Notes: a model not told the origin generated them from the letters alone. 64,000 nucleotides of DNA from Geopsychrobacteraceae bacterium (GCA_963676795.2 CAXXTB010000002.1:1856001-1920000); one strand, 5' to 3'; numbered from the stretch's first letter, positions 12,957-23,445 are shown. Program-made: numbers and translations.

Positions 12957-14087
12957 ATGAAATCGATCAACGCGAAATACCAGCTTTCGGTCGTCGATAA
13001 TGCAGCGACACTGACCCTGACCGGGGCCTGGGAGTACTCGAACGGCATCCCCGATGCGGCGGCGCTCATCGCGGAATTGCGTGATCAGCGACCGGCGACG
13101 CTCAGCTTCCGCTGCGACGCGCTTCAGAGTTGGGACAGTGGCCTGATGGTCTTTCTGATGACCCTGGTGAATCTCGGCAAGGAGTTTGCCCTCGCCTTTG
13201 AAACCGACAGTCTGCCCCCCGGAGCCCAAAAACTTCTGACCCTGGCCCTGGCAGTTCCTGAGCGCTCAATGCCGAGGCGGACCAACCTCGGCCAACCGAT
13301 CATCGCCAAGATCGGCAACATCACCATCGAAGCCCATAGAAATTGGAATGAGCTGCTCAGTTTTCTCGGCGAGACCTTTATCTCCCTGACGAAATTTGTC
13401 ACAGGCAAAGCACGCTTTCGCTATTCGGACCTCCTCTTTCAGATCGAATCTGCCGGGCCGGCGGCCCTGTTCATCGTCACCCTGATCAGTCTGCTGGTCG
13501 GCATGATCCTCGCCTTTGTCGGTGCTGTTCAGCTCAAGATGTTCGGTGCGGAAATCTTCATTGCCAACCTCGTCGGCCTTGGCATGGCCCGCGAGATGGG
13601 CGCCATGATGACGGCTGTCATTATGGCCGGCCGAACCGGTGCGGCCTACGCAGCTCAGCTTGGCACCATGCAGACCAACGAGGAGATCGACGCCCTGCGG
13701 ACGATGGGCATCTCGCCGATCGACTATCTTGTTCTGCCGCGCCTGCTCGCCCTCTGCCTGACCATGCCGCTACTCTGCGTCTATGCGGATTTCATGGGCA
13801 TCCTCGGCGGTGCATTCATCAGTGCCACGATGATGGACATCTCGTTCAATCAGTATTATCTGCAAATTCAGGATTTTGTGACCCTCAATCACTTCATCGT
13901 GGGCATTGCCAAGGCGACCGTTTTCGGAATCCTTGTCGCCACAGCGGGCTGCTTTCGTGGCCTGCAGTGCGGGCGGACCGCTTCGGCCGTCGGTTTTGCC
14001 ACGACCAGTGCGGTGGTCACCTCGATCGTGCTGATTATTGTCGCCGATGCGGTCATGACCGTCGTCTGCCAGCTGCTGGGGGTCTGA
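12957..14087 (+). CDS. mlaE: MlaE family ABC permease with N-terminal STAS-like domain
   Basis: REMGAMMTAVIMAGRTGAAYAAQLGTMQTNEEIDAL; VGFATTSAVV. Confidence 0.88.
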   Translation: MKSINAKYQLSVVDNAATLTLTGAWEYSNGIPDAAALIAELRDQRPATLSFRCDALQSWDSGLMVFLMTLVNLGKEFALAFETDSLPPGAQKLLTLALAVPERSMPRRTNLGQPIIAKIGNITIEAHRNWNELLSFLGETFISLTKFVTGKARFRYSDLLFQIESAGPAALFIVTLISLLVGMILAFVGAVQLKMFGAEIFIANLVGLGMAREMGAMMTAVIMAGRTGAAYAAQLGTMQTNEEIDALRTMGISPIDYLVLPRLLALCLTMPLLCVYADFMGILGGAFISATMMDISFNQYYLQIQDFVTLNHFIVGIAKATVFGILVATAGCFRGLQCGRTASAVGFATTSAVVTSIVLIIVADAVMTVVCQLLGV

Positions 14088-14088
14088 G

Positions 14089-14841
14089 ATGAGCACCGCA
14101 GCCCACCTGGTGATACGTGACCTGACCATGAGCTATGGCCAGACGATCATACAGAAGGATCTCAATTTTTCGGTGGCACGCGGCGAAGTCATGGCGATCA
14201 TGGGCGGCAGCGGCTGTGGCAAAAGTACCCTGCTGCGCCATCTGATCGGCCTGGTGCCACCGGCTTCCGGAGAAATTCTGCTCGACGGTATCGATATCTG
14301 GAACACTGATGAACAGACCAGGCTGAGTCTGATCAGTCGTTCCGGGGTTCTCTATCAGGGGGGGGCTCTGTGGAGCTCTCTGACCCTGCGCGAAAACATC
14401 TCCCTGCCGCTGCAGGAATATTCGAAGCTCTCCGCCAAGGAGATCTCGGCTCTGGCCAGCTACAAACTGTCACTGGTCGGCCTGGCGGGGTTCGAGGACT
14501 ACTATCCGTCCGAGATCAGCGGCGGCATGCAGAAACGCGCCGGTCTGGCGCGTGCCATAGCCCTGGATCCCGAAATTCTGTTCTTTGACGAGCCCTCGGC
14601 GGGGCTCGATCCGGTCAGTTCAAAGCGCCTCGATGACCTGATCATTCAACTCAGGGACAGCCTCGGCGCAACAGTTGTCATTGTCACCCACGAACTGGCC
14701 AGTATCTTCGAGATTGCCGACAATTCGGTGTTTCTTGACAGTGACGCGAAAACCATGATTGCTTCCGGACCTCCCAGGGAACTGCTGAAAAGCTCCGACG
14801 ATCCTCGGGTTCTGAACTTTCTGCAACGCTCAACAGCCTGA
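14089..14841 (+). CDS. mlaF: MlaF family ABC ATPase
   Basis: GGSGCGKS, ISGGMQKRAGLARA, FFDEPSAGLDP. Confidence 0.88.
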   Translation: MSTAAHLVIRDLTMSYGQTIIQKDLNFSVARGEVMAIMGGSGCGKSTLLRHLIGLVPPASGEILLDGIDIWNTDEQTRLSLISRSGVLYQGGALWSSLTLRENISLPLQEYSKLSAKEISALASYKLSLVGLAGFEDYYPSEISGGMQKRAGLARAIALDPEILFFDEPSAGLDPVSSKRLDDLIIQLRDSLGATVVIVTHELASIFEIADNSVFLDSDAKTMIASGPPRELLKSSDDPRVLNFLQRSTA

Positions 14842-14862
14842 CAGACGGGAAAGCGACACACT

Positions 14863-15924
14863 ATGCGAAAACGTATCGATCCAAGAGTCATCGGCAGCTT
14901 TGTCATCGGCGCAGTAATACTCGTCGTTGCCGGTCTCATCTTCTTCGGACCAGGAGGCCTGTTCTCCGAGACCAGAAAGTATGTTGTCTATTTTGACAGC
15001 TCGGTAAAGGGTCTCAACGTCGGCTCGCCGGTTCGCTTTCGTGGCGTCAAGGTCGGCCAGGTCAGCGATATCAATATTCGTGTCAAGCCCTCGACATTCC
15101 AGTTTCACATTCCGGTTGTCATTGAGATCCTCCCCTCCCGGATTCGTGCCGAAGGGAGTCAGGAGGGGCTTTTTGATGCGCTCAAAACTCCGTTCAAAGG
15201 GCGCGACCCGATGCTCTCACTGGTCGAAAAGGGGTTGCGTGTCCAGCTCCAGCTGGACAGCCTTGTCACCGGCCAGCTGTTCGTCAACATGGATATGCTG
15301 CCTGATACCCCCATCCAGTTGACCGGCCATCTCAACGATTATCCCGAGCTCCCCTCCGTCAACTCCAGCTTCGAGGAGCTGACCCAGACCATCGAGGATA
15401 TCCCGCTCAACGAACTTGCGGAAAAACTGATCAAATCGGCTGAAGGGTTCGAGAAACTCATCAACTCGCAGGAACTACACCGGGCGATCCGCAGGCTCGA
15501 TGAAACAACCCTGTTGATCAACAGCGTCCTGACCACCCTCAATAGCAACATCGGTCCAGTGACCGACAGTCTGCAGACCACCATGGCCCGGGCCCAGCAA
15601 ACCATAACCAATCTCGACCGCAACCTGACCCCGCTGATTCTCGAAACACGCCAGACGATCAGCAAGCTCGACGCAAAGATCGATCCGGCCAGCATGCAGC
15701 TGGAAGAGAGTCTCGGTGCCGTGAAGGCGGCGGCAAACACCACAAGTGAAGCGGCACAGCAGCTGAAAGACCTGACCTCAGATGATTCAGCAACCCTGCA
15801 ACGGCTCAATACCACCCTCAAAGATCTTCACGACACCTCACGTTCCCTGCGCTACTTCGCCAAAGAACTTGAACAGGACCCCCAGATACTGCTCAGAGGA
15901 CACATCCAGGGAGATAACCAATGA
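14863..15924 (+). CDS. MCE/MlaD (PqiB-like) protein with long helical C-terminus
   Basis: N-terminal TM; GLNVGSPVRFRGVKVGQV MCE motif; ends LEQDPQILLRG. Confidence 0.85.
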   Translation: MRKRIDPRVIGSFVIGAVILVVAGLIFFGPGGLFSETRKYVVYFDSSVKGLNVGSPVRFRGVKVGQVSDINIRVKPSTFQFHIPVVIEILPSRIRAEGSQEGLFDALKTPFKGRDPMLSLVEKGLRVQLQLDSLVTGQLFVNMDMLPDTPIQLTGHLNDYPELPSVNSSFEELTQTIEDIPLNELAEKLIKSAEGFEKLINSQELHRAIRRLDETTLLINSVLTTLNSNIGPVTDSLQTTMARAQQTITNLDRNLTPLILETRQTISKLDAKIDPASMQLEESLGAVKAAANTTSEAAQQLKDLTSDDSATLQRLNTTLKDLHDTSRSLRYFAKELEQDPQILLRGHIQGDNQ

Positions 15925-16496
15925 TCAGAGGACTTCTTTTGCTGCTGCCACTTTTGTTACTGTCAGCCTGCATCAGCTTCAATGAACCACCTCAGACCCA
16001 CTACTATCTGCTTGAGGCCGACGACAGTATCACTCTGAGCTATGCTGAGAATCATGACGTCATCAATGTCCGGCTTGTGGGTTTCCCGGAAAGCCTCGAT
16101 CGCCAGCAGCTGCTGCTCAAGGATCAGGCCAACATGGTGCGGATCATCAATACCGAACGCTGGGCCGAGCCGCTGGCGGAGAATATACAGGCCGTCATTC
16201 GAAGTAACCTGCAGCGCCACTTTCCGAACGCGACCGTCAACGCCGGGATATGGCACAAATTGGCTGATGACTCGAAACAACTGCAGATCTGGGTCAATCA
16301 GTTCATCGGCTCCCTCGGCACAGAGACGGTTGTCGAACTGAGCTGGCAGCTCAGATCCGGCAACCAGGTTATTCATCATGGCCGATTTTTAGACAAACAG
16401 AAAATTGGCACTCGCTATCAGGACTATGTCGCGGGGCTGAACAGGTCGGTCAATAATTTCTGCGCGAAACTGAGCCGGGAAATAGCGGGCGAGTGA
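15921..16496 (+). CDS. PqiC-like ABC-transport auxiliary lipoprotein
   Basis: Lipobox LLSAC; THYYLL, LDRQQL, RWAEPL motifs; ATGA overlap. Confidence 0.8.
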   Translation: MIRGLLLLLPLLLLSACISFNEPPQTHYYLLEADDSITLSYAENHDVINVRLVGFPESLDRQQLLLKDQANMVRIINTERWAEPLAENIQAVIRSNLQRHFPNATVNAGIWHKLADDSKQLQIWVNQFIGSLGTETVVELSWQLRSGNQVIHHGRFLDKQKIGTRYQDYVAGLNRSVNNFCAKLSREIAGE

Positions 16497-16699
16497 AAAG
16501 GGAGACACGAGTTTCCCTCAGGCTATTGATAACTCCTGAACAGGAAAGCGTAGTTTGTTTCAACTGATTTTATCAAAACTCCACTCTGTGGAATTTTTGC
16601 GGTTCTGCCCTTGTGCTGAGCCTGCTCAGCGCTGGGCGCTTTGTCGGGTGCTGGTGCGAACCAACGAAGAAATGAAGGAGAGAATACAACAATTTAAAA

Positions 16700-16877
16700 G
16701 GGCGTTTTTGTTCTTGCTTTTTGGGGCCCTGGCCAAAAAGCAAGGCGGCGTGCGGGGCCGAGACCCCGCGGTTTTGACTGTTAAAATCCTGAAAATCAAA
16801 TGCAGAACCGGCGGGTCTTGTCCCGCCAGACGACTGACTTTCCTTTGATCGCAAAGGAAAATCAGCAATGGAAACTC
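16700..16877. repeat. Structured intergenic element of two inverted double-hairpin units (REP/MITE-like)
   Basis: Unit 1: CTTGCTTTTTGG/CCAAAAAGCAAG stem, then GCGGGG-ccgaga-CCCCGC-GGTTTTG. Unit 2 (minus strand): CTGATTTTCCTTTG/CAAAGGAAAGTCAG stem, then GGCGGG-acaaga-CCCGCC-GGTTCTG. Confidence 0.6.
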
Positions 16878-16991
16878 TTTATATACTGACGTAAGCTGCT
16901 CATGTCACTTAAGCAACGGCTCACACCAGCTAAATGGAAGACGCCCAACGATGAGCTGCGTTCATCTAACGGGCAAAACCAAACTATTGCT

Positions 16992-17023
16992 TGCCGGAAG
17001 CTGACTCTGTCAGCTGTCCGGCA
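16992..17023 (-). terminator. Stem-loop just after pgm stop
   Basis: TGCCGGA-AGCTGAC-tct-GTCAGCT-g-TCCGGCA; no clear U-tract. Confidence 0.35.
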
Positions 17024-17027
17024 TCAA

Positions 17028-18449
17028 TTATTCAAGAATAAAATCACGCCCCAACCCGATCAGGTGATTCAGAGCTGCCAGCGATGCCGCTTCGGCGTAC
17101 AGCCTGACCACCGGCTCGGTTCCCGACTTGCGGAACAACAGCCAGGACCCGTCCTTAAACAGGTACTTGTTCCCGTCAATCCGGATGATCCGTTCAATTT
17201 CACAATCGCCAAAGGCCGTCAGCTCGCGTTCGTGTTTTTTCGGGAGCGCCTCCTCAAGCTGGGACGAGAGACGGATATTGATCCGCTTGGTGTAGAGTTC
17301 GCCAACCCGTGCATAAAGGTCGGCAAGCAGCTCTTTAAGTGAGCGCTGCTCGACAGCCACCATCTCCGCCACAAGCAGGCAGGCCAGAATCCCGTCCTTT
17401 TCCGGCACATGCCCCTTGATACTCAATCCGGCACTTTCCTCCCCACCGATCAGGATCTTCTCCTGGCTGATGTACTCGCCGATGTATTTAAATCCGACCG
17501 GCGTCTCCAGCACCTCGACCCCGTGATACCTGGCAACCTTGTCGACCAGCTGCGAGGTTGCAACACTACGGGCCGCATTCCCGCGCTGCCCTTTGCGCCG
17601 GATCAGATAATCGAACAACAGGGCCAGGATGTAATTCGGCTCAATAAAGCCGCCGTCGGAATCGACGATGCCGAAACGATCGGCATCTCCATCGGTCGCC
17701 AGTCCCAGGCCGATCGAGTCATCATGGCGGACCAGATTGATAAAATCCTCGATATGGGCTTCAGCCGGTTCCGGCGGTTCTCCGCCGAAGTAAGGGTCGA
17801 GATGATCATTGATCTTAACGATGGAAACGCCCGATTCTTCGAGGATTCTGTCGAGATAGCCCCGCCCGGAACCATAGAGGGGATTGACGGCGATTTTCAG
17901 ACCGGAAGCCGCAATAGCCTTGAAATCGATCAGTTTCCTGAGGGTTGCGAAATAGTTTTCACGCGGATCGATCTCTTCAAACAGTCCCATTTCCGTGGCC
18001 TCGGTCAGATCGATCTCTTTATAGACAATCTCGTCGAGCATTGTATTGGCACGGTTTTCAATGTCCTTGGTTGTTTCCGGCAAAGCCGGCCCACCCCAGG
18101 CCGGGGAAAATTTGATCCCGTTATAATTGTAGGGATTATGACTGGCGGTAAAATTGATCGCACCGGCCGCCTGACGGCGCAGCAGTTCGTGCGAAATGAC
18201 CGGTGTCGGTGTATCACGCTGACAAAGGAAGACCTTGATCCCCGCCCCTGCCAGAATTTTAGCTGTCTCCCGGGCAAAATCAGCGCCCATGAAGCGGGCA
18301 TCGTAACCGACCACAACGCCCTTGTCCGCGATACCCTCCTGACGGAGATGATCGGCGATCGCCTGAGAAACGACACGTACGTTACTCAGGGTGAAATCCT
18401 CACAAAGAATCCCGCGCCAACCGGAAGTGCCAAACTTGATATGTGTCAT
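17028..18449 (-). CDS. Phosphoglucomutase/phosphomannomutase family protein
   Basis: IKFGTSGWRG, TASHNP (phospho-Ser), DGDADR, GGEESAG, RKSGTEP; start set at MTHIKF with AGGAG RBS. Confidence 0.92.
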   Translation of the reverse strand: MTHIKFGTSGWRGILCEDFTLSNVRVVSQAIADHLRQEGIADKGVVVGYDARFMGADFARETAKILAGAGIKVFLCQRDTPTPVISHELLRRQAAGAINFTASHNPYNYNGIKFSPAWGGPALPETTKDIENRANTMLDEIVYKEIDLTEATEMGLFEEIDPRENYFATLRKLIDFKAIAASGLKIAVNPLYGSGRGYLDRILEESGVSIVKINDHLDPYFGGEPPEPAEAHIEDFINLVRHDDSIGLGLATDGDADRFGIVDSDGGFIEPNYILALLFDYLIRRKGQRGNAARSVATSQLVDKVARYHGVEVLETPVGFKYIGEYISQEKILIGGEESAGLSIKGHVPEKDGILACLLVAEMVAVEQRSLKELLADLYARVGELYTKRINIRLSSQLEEALPKKHERELTAFGDCEIERIIRIDGNKYLFKDGSWLLFRKSGTEPVVRLYAEAASLAALNHLIGLGRDFILE

Positions 18450-18552
18450 GGATAGATCTCCTGTGGTTGTAGAAGAACAGATTATACAAGTAAGAAGCTT
18501 ATCACAGTATCGTCGCCTGCGCTGACCAGAAGTCATGCAGTCAGAAAGATCA

Positions 18553-18849
18553 TCATTCCCCCCTGGAAGGACCAGAGTCTCGCAGTAACTTCACGTAAGG
18601 GCAATCGTCCGGCAGGATGCCCGCCTCGACAAATTCGTGGGTCAGGCTGACGCATTCCGGATGGCGCTTTGACCTGTCGTGGTACACCGTACAGGCCTTT
18701 GTTTTCAAATCAAGATACTGGCAGGGTGTTCTGGTATAAAGGATCTTGTCACGGTATTCATACTTTTCATAACAGCAGCGACCACAGCGTTCGCAGATCT
18801 CTTCCCAGGCGGGACTTCCAGCTTCAATATCATGCAGCTTTTTTATCAA
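18553..18849 (-). CDS. YkgJ/CxxCxxCC family cysteine-cluster protein
   Basis: CERCGRCC, C..L....C.VY..R..RHPEC, LPDDCPYV. Confidence 0.75.
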   Translation of the reverse strand: MIKKLHDIEAGSPAWEEICERCGRCCYEKYEYRDKILYTRTPCQYLDLKTKACTVYHDRSKRHPECVSLTHEFVEAGILPDDCPYVKLLRDSGPSRGE

Positions 18850-18981
18850 GGTATTCGTCTCACATCAAAGAAAATACGGTTATGCAGCAGCCCTATCTTT
18901 GTCATAAGAATGCCTGTTGTGCAAGCAATCACAGGAGGCCATGCTGTTTAGTGCTCATTTTCAGCAACCACTAAAAAAATA

Positions 18982-19010
18982 TTGACTCATAAAATCAAAT
19001 TCGCTATTAG
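18982..19010 (+). promoter_or_regulatory. Putative sigma70 promoter of the PxxKW gene
   Basis: TTGACT-17 nt-TATTAG. Confidence 0.45.
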
Positions 19011-19059
19011 TAAGCGTTCTGTAAACGGACCATAGCAATAACGCTGGGAGGAAGAGATA

Positions 19060-19350
19060 ATGCAGTGCCAAACTGTTCTTGCAGGAACTGAATGTAACTT
19101 TTGGAAAAAATCCGGTTGCAGCGCCGAAAACGGCAGCTGCCAGACCATCGTAGCAGAATGTGAAGGTTGTGAGCGTATTGCCGAAGGAACTATCGGCAAG
19201 GTCTGCACCAGCTATCCTAACCCTGCTGCAAAATGGGCCACAGGCCTGTGCAACTTCGCAACTCACAAGAAGGTTGACATCAAGACTATTGATGTTCGCG
19301 TCAACCCGCTTAAAGCTGCCAAGCGTGCCGCTGCAGGTAAGAAGAAATAA
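19060..19350 (+). CDS. PxxKW family cysteine-rich small protein
   Basis: GGAGG RBS; CEGCER, YPNPAAKW, CNFATH, VNPLKAAKR. Confidence 0.85.
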   Translation: MQCQTVLAGTECNFWKKSGCSAENGSCQTIVAECEGCERIAEGTIGKVCTSYPNPAAKWATGLCNFATHKKVDIKTIDVRVNPLKAAKRAAAGKKK

Positions 19351-19376
19351 TCCTTCTTGGCTACTTACTGCTTCTG

Positions 19377-19409
19377 AAAAGGGCTGCCGAACATCCGGCA
19401 GCCCTTTTT
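19377..19409. terminator. Bidirectional intrinsic terminator
   Basis: AAAAGGGCTGCCG-aacatc-CGGCAGCCCTTTTT between convergent genes. Confidence 0.85.
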
Positions 19410-21339
19410 ATTTAGGCTCCTGTCTCAAACCGATCAGCGCCACCAGATCCCCGGCTGCAAATACAAAATCCGCTGAAGGGTTGGCCAGAAACTCTCCCTG
19501 GCGCAAAACGCCGACAACCGACTGACCGGTCAACTGGCGGATGTTGAGATCACGCAGACTGCGCCCGGTCAGGACACTCTGCTCGGACAGTTCCTGCCAG
19601 TCAAGTTCGAGCAGATCCCGTGAATTTTTCAGGATGTCGAAGGTCCCGCCTGCTTCACGACTGTTCATCGGGCTTCGATAGTGGTCACGTCTGACGGCAT
19701 CGGTAAACTTCTGGATCCGGGTCACCGGCATGTGCAGCCGCAAGAGGGCCTGCCTGGCCATCTCCATACCGGCTTCAAGCTGCGGCAGGATGACCATTTC
19801 TGCGCCATCCTCATAGAGCGCATCCATCTGCTGCGCCCCTGCCGAGCGGGCGACAATCGACAGACGGGGATACAGGCGATGGGCATGGCGGACCAGGGTT
19901 TCCGTCGTAGTGATATGTGGCAGGGTAATCAGCAGCTGCAGGGCTTCTGCAGGATTCGCCGCGTCCAGAACCGTTGTCTGGCTCGCATCACCGTAGATGA
20001 CAGGATATCCTGCGGCTTTGCAGTCTTCAACAGACTGGTGATTGAGTTCGATAATGACAAATTCGACCTCGAGCTGACGCAGAATCCGGGCGATATAGCG
20101 TCCCGTCTGCCCTCCCCCGGCAATGATGACATGCTGATGCAGGCCCTCTTTCGGCAGGTTGATCGTTTCCAACTGTTCGCGCTTGAAAAAACGCTGCTTC
20201 AACCTATAGAGCGAGCCGGTAAAACCGGACAACAGCGGCGTCAGCAACATACTGATAATGGTCGCCGAAAGGATGTAGGAATACTGTTCCGCCGTCAGGA
20301 AGCCGCCGGCATAACCGGTCTGACCGATGACGAAGGAGAACTCTCCGATCTGAAACATGGTCAGGCCGACCGCCAGCGGAATCACGTTCCCGTAGCCAAA
20401 GGCCCGGACGCTCACAGCCAGAATCAGGGCTTTGCCAACGACGATCAGGCCGACCAGCTCCAGCACCGCGGGCAGATGGGCGACCAGAAACAACGGATCG
20501 AGGAGCATCCCCACTGAGGTAAAAAAAAGCAGACCGAACAGGTCGCGCAGCGGAATGATGTCGCTCAGGGCCTGGTGACCGAAATCGGACTCGCTCAGGA
20601 CCATGCCGGCGACAAACGCACCGAACGCAAAAGAGAGGCCGGAAAGGTAAGTTGCATAGCCGATCCCCAGCCCGAAGGTCGTGACCGTCAGCAGAAACAG
20701 TTCACGCGAGTTCCAGCGTGCGACGATGGCAAGTGCCCTCGGCAGCAGGCGTGTCCCGAGTAACAACATGACCAGCAGAAAGGCCACCGACTTGACGATG
20801 GCGACTGCGAGCAGAGGCAGACCGGCTTGCGGATTGGTGATCTGGGGCAGGACGATGAGCAGTGGAACAACGGCCAGATCCTGAACGATCAGAATCCCGA
20901 TCATGACCCGGCTTGACAGAGCACCGAGCAGGCCATGGGCCATCAGGGTCTTGAGGATGACCATGGTGCTGGACAGAGCGGCGATGCCGCCGAGCCACAA
21001 AGAAGGACCGTGCTCCCAACCGAGCAGCGAACCGATCCAGTAGCCGTAGGCGATAGTCAGAAGAATCTGTAGCGGAGCCCCGATCAGGGCGACATACCTG
21101 ACCGGCCTGAGTTTTTTGAGGGAGAATTCCAGCCCCAGGGCAAACAACAGCAGGGCAACCCCGATCTCGGAGAGTTGCTCGACCATATGAACATCATTGA
21201 CCAGCCCTATGGCATATGGGCCGATGGCAACGCCAACCAGAATATAGCCGAGGATCAGGGGCTGCCTGAGTTTCTGTGCAATCAGTGCGCCGATCAGTGC
21301 GGCAGAGACGATGACAATGATATCGGCAGTCCCCCCCAT
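19408..21339 (-). CDS. CPA2 cation:proton antiporter with TrkA-N and TrkA-C domains (YbaL/KefC-like)
   Basis: Many TM helices, [54 protein letters not shown]. Confidence 0.88.
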   Translation of the reverse strand: MGGTADIIVIVSAALIGALIAQKLRQPLILGYILVGVAIGPYAIGLVNDVHMVEQLSEIGVALLLFALGLEFSLKKLRPVRYVALIGAPLQILLTIAYGYWIGSLLGWEHGPSLWLGGIAALSSTMVILKTLMAHGLLGALSSRVMIGILIVQDLAVVPLLIVLPQITNPQAGLPLLAVAIVKSVAFLLVMLLLGTRLLPRALAIVARWNSRELFLLTVTTFGLGIGYATYLSGLSFAFGAFVAGMVLSESDFGHQALSDIIPLRDLFGLLFFTSVGMLLDPLFLVAHLPAVLELVGLIVVGKALILAVSVRAFGYGNVIPLAVGLTMFQIGEFSFVIGQTGYAGGFLTAEQYSYILSATIISMLLTPLLSGFTGSLYRLKQRFFKREQLETINLPKEGLHQHVIIAGGGQTGRYIARILRQLEVEFVIIELNHQSVEDCKAAGYPVIYGDASQTTVLDAANPAEALQLLITLPHITTTETLVRHAHRLYPRLSIVARSAGAQQMDALYEDGAEMVILPQLEAGMEMARQALLRLHMPVTRIQKFTDAVRRDHYRSPMNSREAGGTFDILKNSRDLLELDWQELSEQSVLTGRSLRDLNIRQLTGQSVVGVLRQGEFLANPSADFVFAAGDLVALIGLRQEPK

Positions 21340-21358
21340 CAGACGGTAACCTCCATCG

Positions 21359-22204
21359 CTATAAGCCGTGACCGCGACCGAGCAGCTCAGTCGCATTCAT
21401 GACAACCATAAACGCCTCCCTGTCAGTCTGCCTGACGATCTCCTTAAGCAAAGCGATCCTGCGTGCGTCAACAGTCAGAAAAATCAGCTTCTTATTTTCG
21501 CCCAACAACCCTTCGCCCTGCAGAATCGTTCCGTACTGGCCTAGCTGCTCGACAATCCGCTCCTTGAGCAGATCCGCCTGGTTCGAAGTGATATGCACAA
21601 TCTTCTCGCTCACCGCCCCGCCGGTCAGAATCAGGTCGACCGCGCGGGCGGTGACATAGATGGTAATCAGACTCCAGAGCGCCCTGTCGATCTGCTGAAA
21701 AACGATGGCCGATGCTGCAATAATGAAGAAATCGAAGGCGAGCAGAACCTGCCCGGAAGAGAAACGGCTCCTGGCGGCAATCAACCTGGCAATGATCGTC
21801 GTCCCCCCGGCCGATCCCTGCCCCTTGAGCACCAGGCCTACTCCGGCGCCAATAAAGACACCGCCGTAGAGGGCGGCCAGCAGCGGTTCGTGACTCAAAG
21901 CCTCGAGCTTCAGGATCTCTCTCATCAGATCGACGAGAACAAAGCTGAGGATAATCGCACCGAGCGACCTCAAAGCAAAGCCACGGCCAAGGATCTTCCA
22001 GCCGGCCAGCAGCAGCGGAATGTTGACGATCACCATCAGCAGGCCGATCGGCAGGCCGAGCAGGTAATTGAGCAGGATCGCCATCCCCGGCGTTCCGCCC
22101 GAGGCGATTTTATTGGGTGCCAGGAACAGCGCGACCCCGACGGCAAGCAGGGCCGAGCCGATCACCAGAAAGAACAGGTTGCGTAACTCTGCAGCTAACC
22201 GCAT
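21359..22204 (-). CDS. YitT family membrane protein
   Basis: [31 protein letters not shown]. Confidence 0.85.
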   Translation of the reverse strand: MRLAAELRNLFFLVIGSALLAVGVALFLAPNKIASGGTPGMAILLNYLLGLPIGLLMVIVNIPLLLAGWKILGRGFALRSLGAIILSFVLVDLMREILKLEALSHEPLLAALYGGVFIGAGVGLVLKGQGSAGGTTIIARLIAARSRFSSGQVLLAFDFFIIAASAIVFQQIDRALWSLITIYVTARAVDLILTGGAVSEKIVHITSNQADLLKERIVEQLGQYGTILQGEGLLGENKKLIFLTVDARRIALLKEIVRQTDREAFMVVMNATELLGRGHGL

Positions 22205-22210
22205 AGCAGT

Positions 22211-22981
22211 CTACTTGAGGCCCTCAATCACGGCCGAGACCTCTTCTTTAAGCTGCTTGGCCGCCGGATCCTGTTCAAGCCGCAGGAATTGCTGAAAATG
22301 CTCAACCGCCTCTTCACTGCGATCCAGGTCGAGACAGACATAGCCCAGGGTCAGGTAACCGGGTGCGTAACCGGCGTCCACGCTTAACCCCTTGAGACAG
22401 TATTCCTCAGCCTGTTCCAGCACCTCATCTTCATAGTAAAGTTCGGCCAGATTAACATAGGGCTGCGGATCGCTGTTATCGATCTCCAGGGCATGCTGAT
22501 AACTGAGCTTGGCCTCTTCCTTTTTCCCCATCGCGACGCAGATATCGCCGAGGGCATTGCAGGCATAGGCCGACTCAGGATCGATTTTCAGCGCTTTGCG
22601 ACAGGCATCCTCAGCCGCCTCCAGATCGTCGATATTGACATAGGCCATCGCCTTGCTGACCCAGGCATCGATGTCCTGACCATCCAGATCGATGATTTTC
22701 TGGTAGGTCGCAATCGCCTCAGCGTTGCGGTTTTCTTCCAGGTAAAGATCACCGAGCAGATAGAGCAGATCGAGATCTTCAGCATCGATATCAAGAGCCA
22801 GAGACAGATTGTCATGGGCTTTTTTCAGCATACCCAGTTCGATCTGCGCTTCGGCCAGCAAGGTCAGGGTCTGCAGGGACTTTTCGGTCCCGGCCGCCTG
22901 AGCGAAAAGCTTCTCGGCCGCTTTGGCATTCCCCTCTTCGAGATTCCTGATCCCCTGATCGATCAGATCATCCAGCTCCAT
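22211..22981 (-). CDS. Tetratricopeptide repeat protein
   Basis: Several TPR-like repeats (YLLGDLY, NALGDIC, YVNLAELY, YLTLGYVC); AGGAGGAG RBS. Confidence 0.85.
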   Translation of the reverse strand: MELDDLIDQGIRNLEEGNAKAAEKLFAQAAGTEKSLQTLTLLAEAQIELGMLKKAHDNLSLALDIDAEDLDLLYLLGDLYLEENRNAEAIATYQKIIDLDGQDIDAWVSKAMAYVNIDDLEAAEDACRKALKIDPESAYACNALGDICVAMGKKEEAKLSYQHALEIDNSDPQPYVNLAELYYEDEVLEQAEEYCLKGLSVDAGYAPGYLTLGYVCLDLDRSEEAVEHFQQFLRLEQDPAAKQLKEEVSAVIEGLK

Positions 22982-22994
22982 GGTCTCCTCCTGT

Positions 22995-23381
22995 TCAAGA
23001 ACGCTGACGAACAACCTCAATCCGGTAACCGTCCGGATCGGTTAAAAAATAAAACATCGACTCGCCGTCACTCAATCCTTTTAACGGAGTCGGGTTCAAA
23101 CCCATTTCCGTATGGCGCTGATGGGACGCTTCAAGATCAGCAACCCCGACCGCCAGATGAGAATAGCCATTACCGATAACATAAGGCTCCTTCTGATCAT
23201 AATTGAAGGTCAGCTCGATTTCAAAAGGCAAGCCGGGTGACGTCAGATAGCTCAGAGTAAATCCGGCGTCCGGAAAATCTTTTTTACGAGAGATTTCAAA
23301 GCCGAAAGCTTCTGAGTAAAAACACTCTGAGGCCTCTAGGTTGATAACCCGATAACAGACGTGGATCATAGGATAATTCAT
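22995..23381 (-). CDS. gloA: VOC family protein, lactoylglutathione lyase (glyoxalase I)
   Basis: HVCYRV, IELTFNYD, GNGYSHLAVGV, DPDGYRIEVV. Confidence 0.8.
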   Translation of the reverse strand: MNYPMIHVCYRVINLEASECFYSEAFGFEISRKKDFPDAGFTLSYLTSPGLPFEIELTFNYDQKEPYVIGNGYSHLAVGVADLEASHQRHTEMGLNPTPLKGLSDGESMFYFLTDPDGYRIEVVRQRS

Positions 23382-23409
23382 TATTTTGTCCTCCATGTCG
23401 ATGGAAAAA

Positions 23410-23438
23410 TTGACTTGCACACAGGGGCTCATTATAGT
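23410..23438 (+). promoter_or_regulatory. Putative sigma70 promoter of lpxH (probably leaderless)
   Basis: TTGACT-17 nt-TATAGT, 7 nt before ATG 23446. Confidence 0.55.
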
Positions 23439-23445
23439 CGCCAGC

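Noticed and set aside
16555..16868. Short ORFs over the structured intergenic element
   Set aside because: No RBS or recognisable motifs; better explained as by-products of the repeat
16941..16980. attC-like fragment (GCCCAAC...) or c-di-GMP-I riboswitch-like GGGCAAAACC
   Set aside because: No matching GTTRRRY end, cassette ORF or integrase; no GAAA tetraloop or second GEMM stem; lies downstream of convergent genes
17409..18455. Long antisense ORFs (also 19681-20517, 52131-53015, 56141-57451, 61265-62113)
   Set aside because: Shadow frames opposite well-supported genes, expected with GC-biased codon usage
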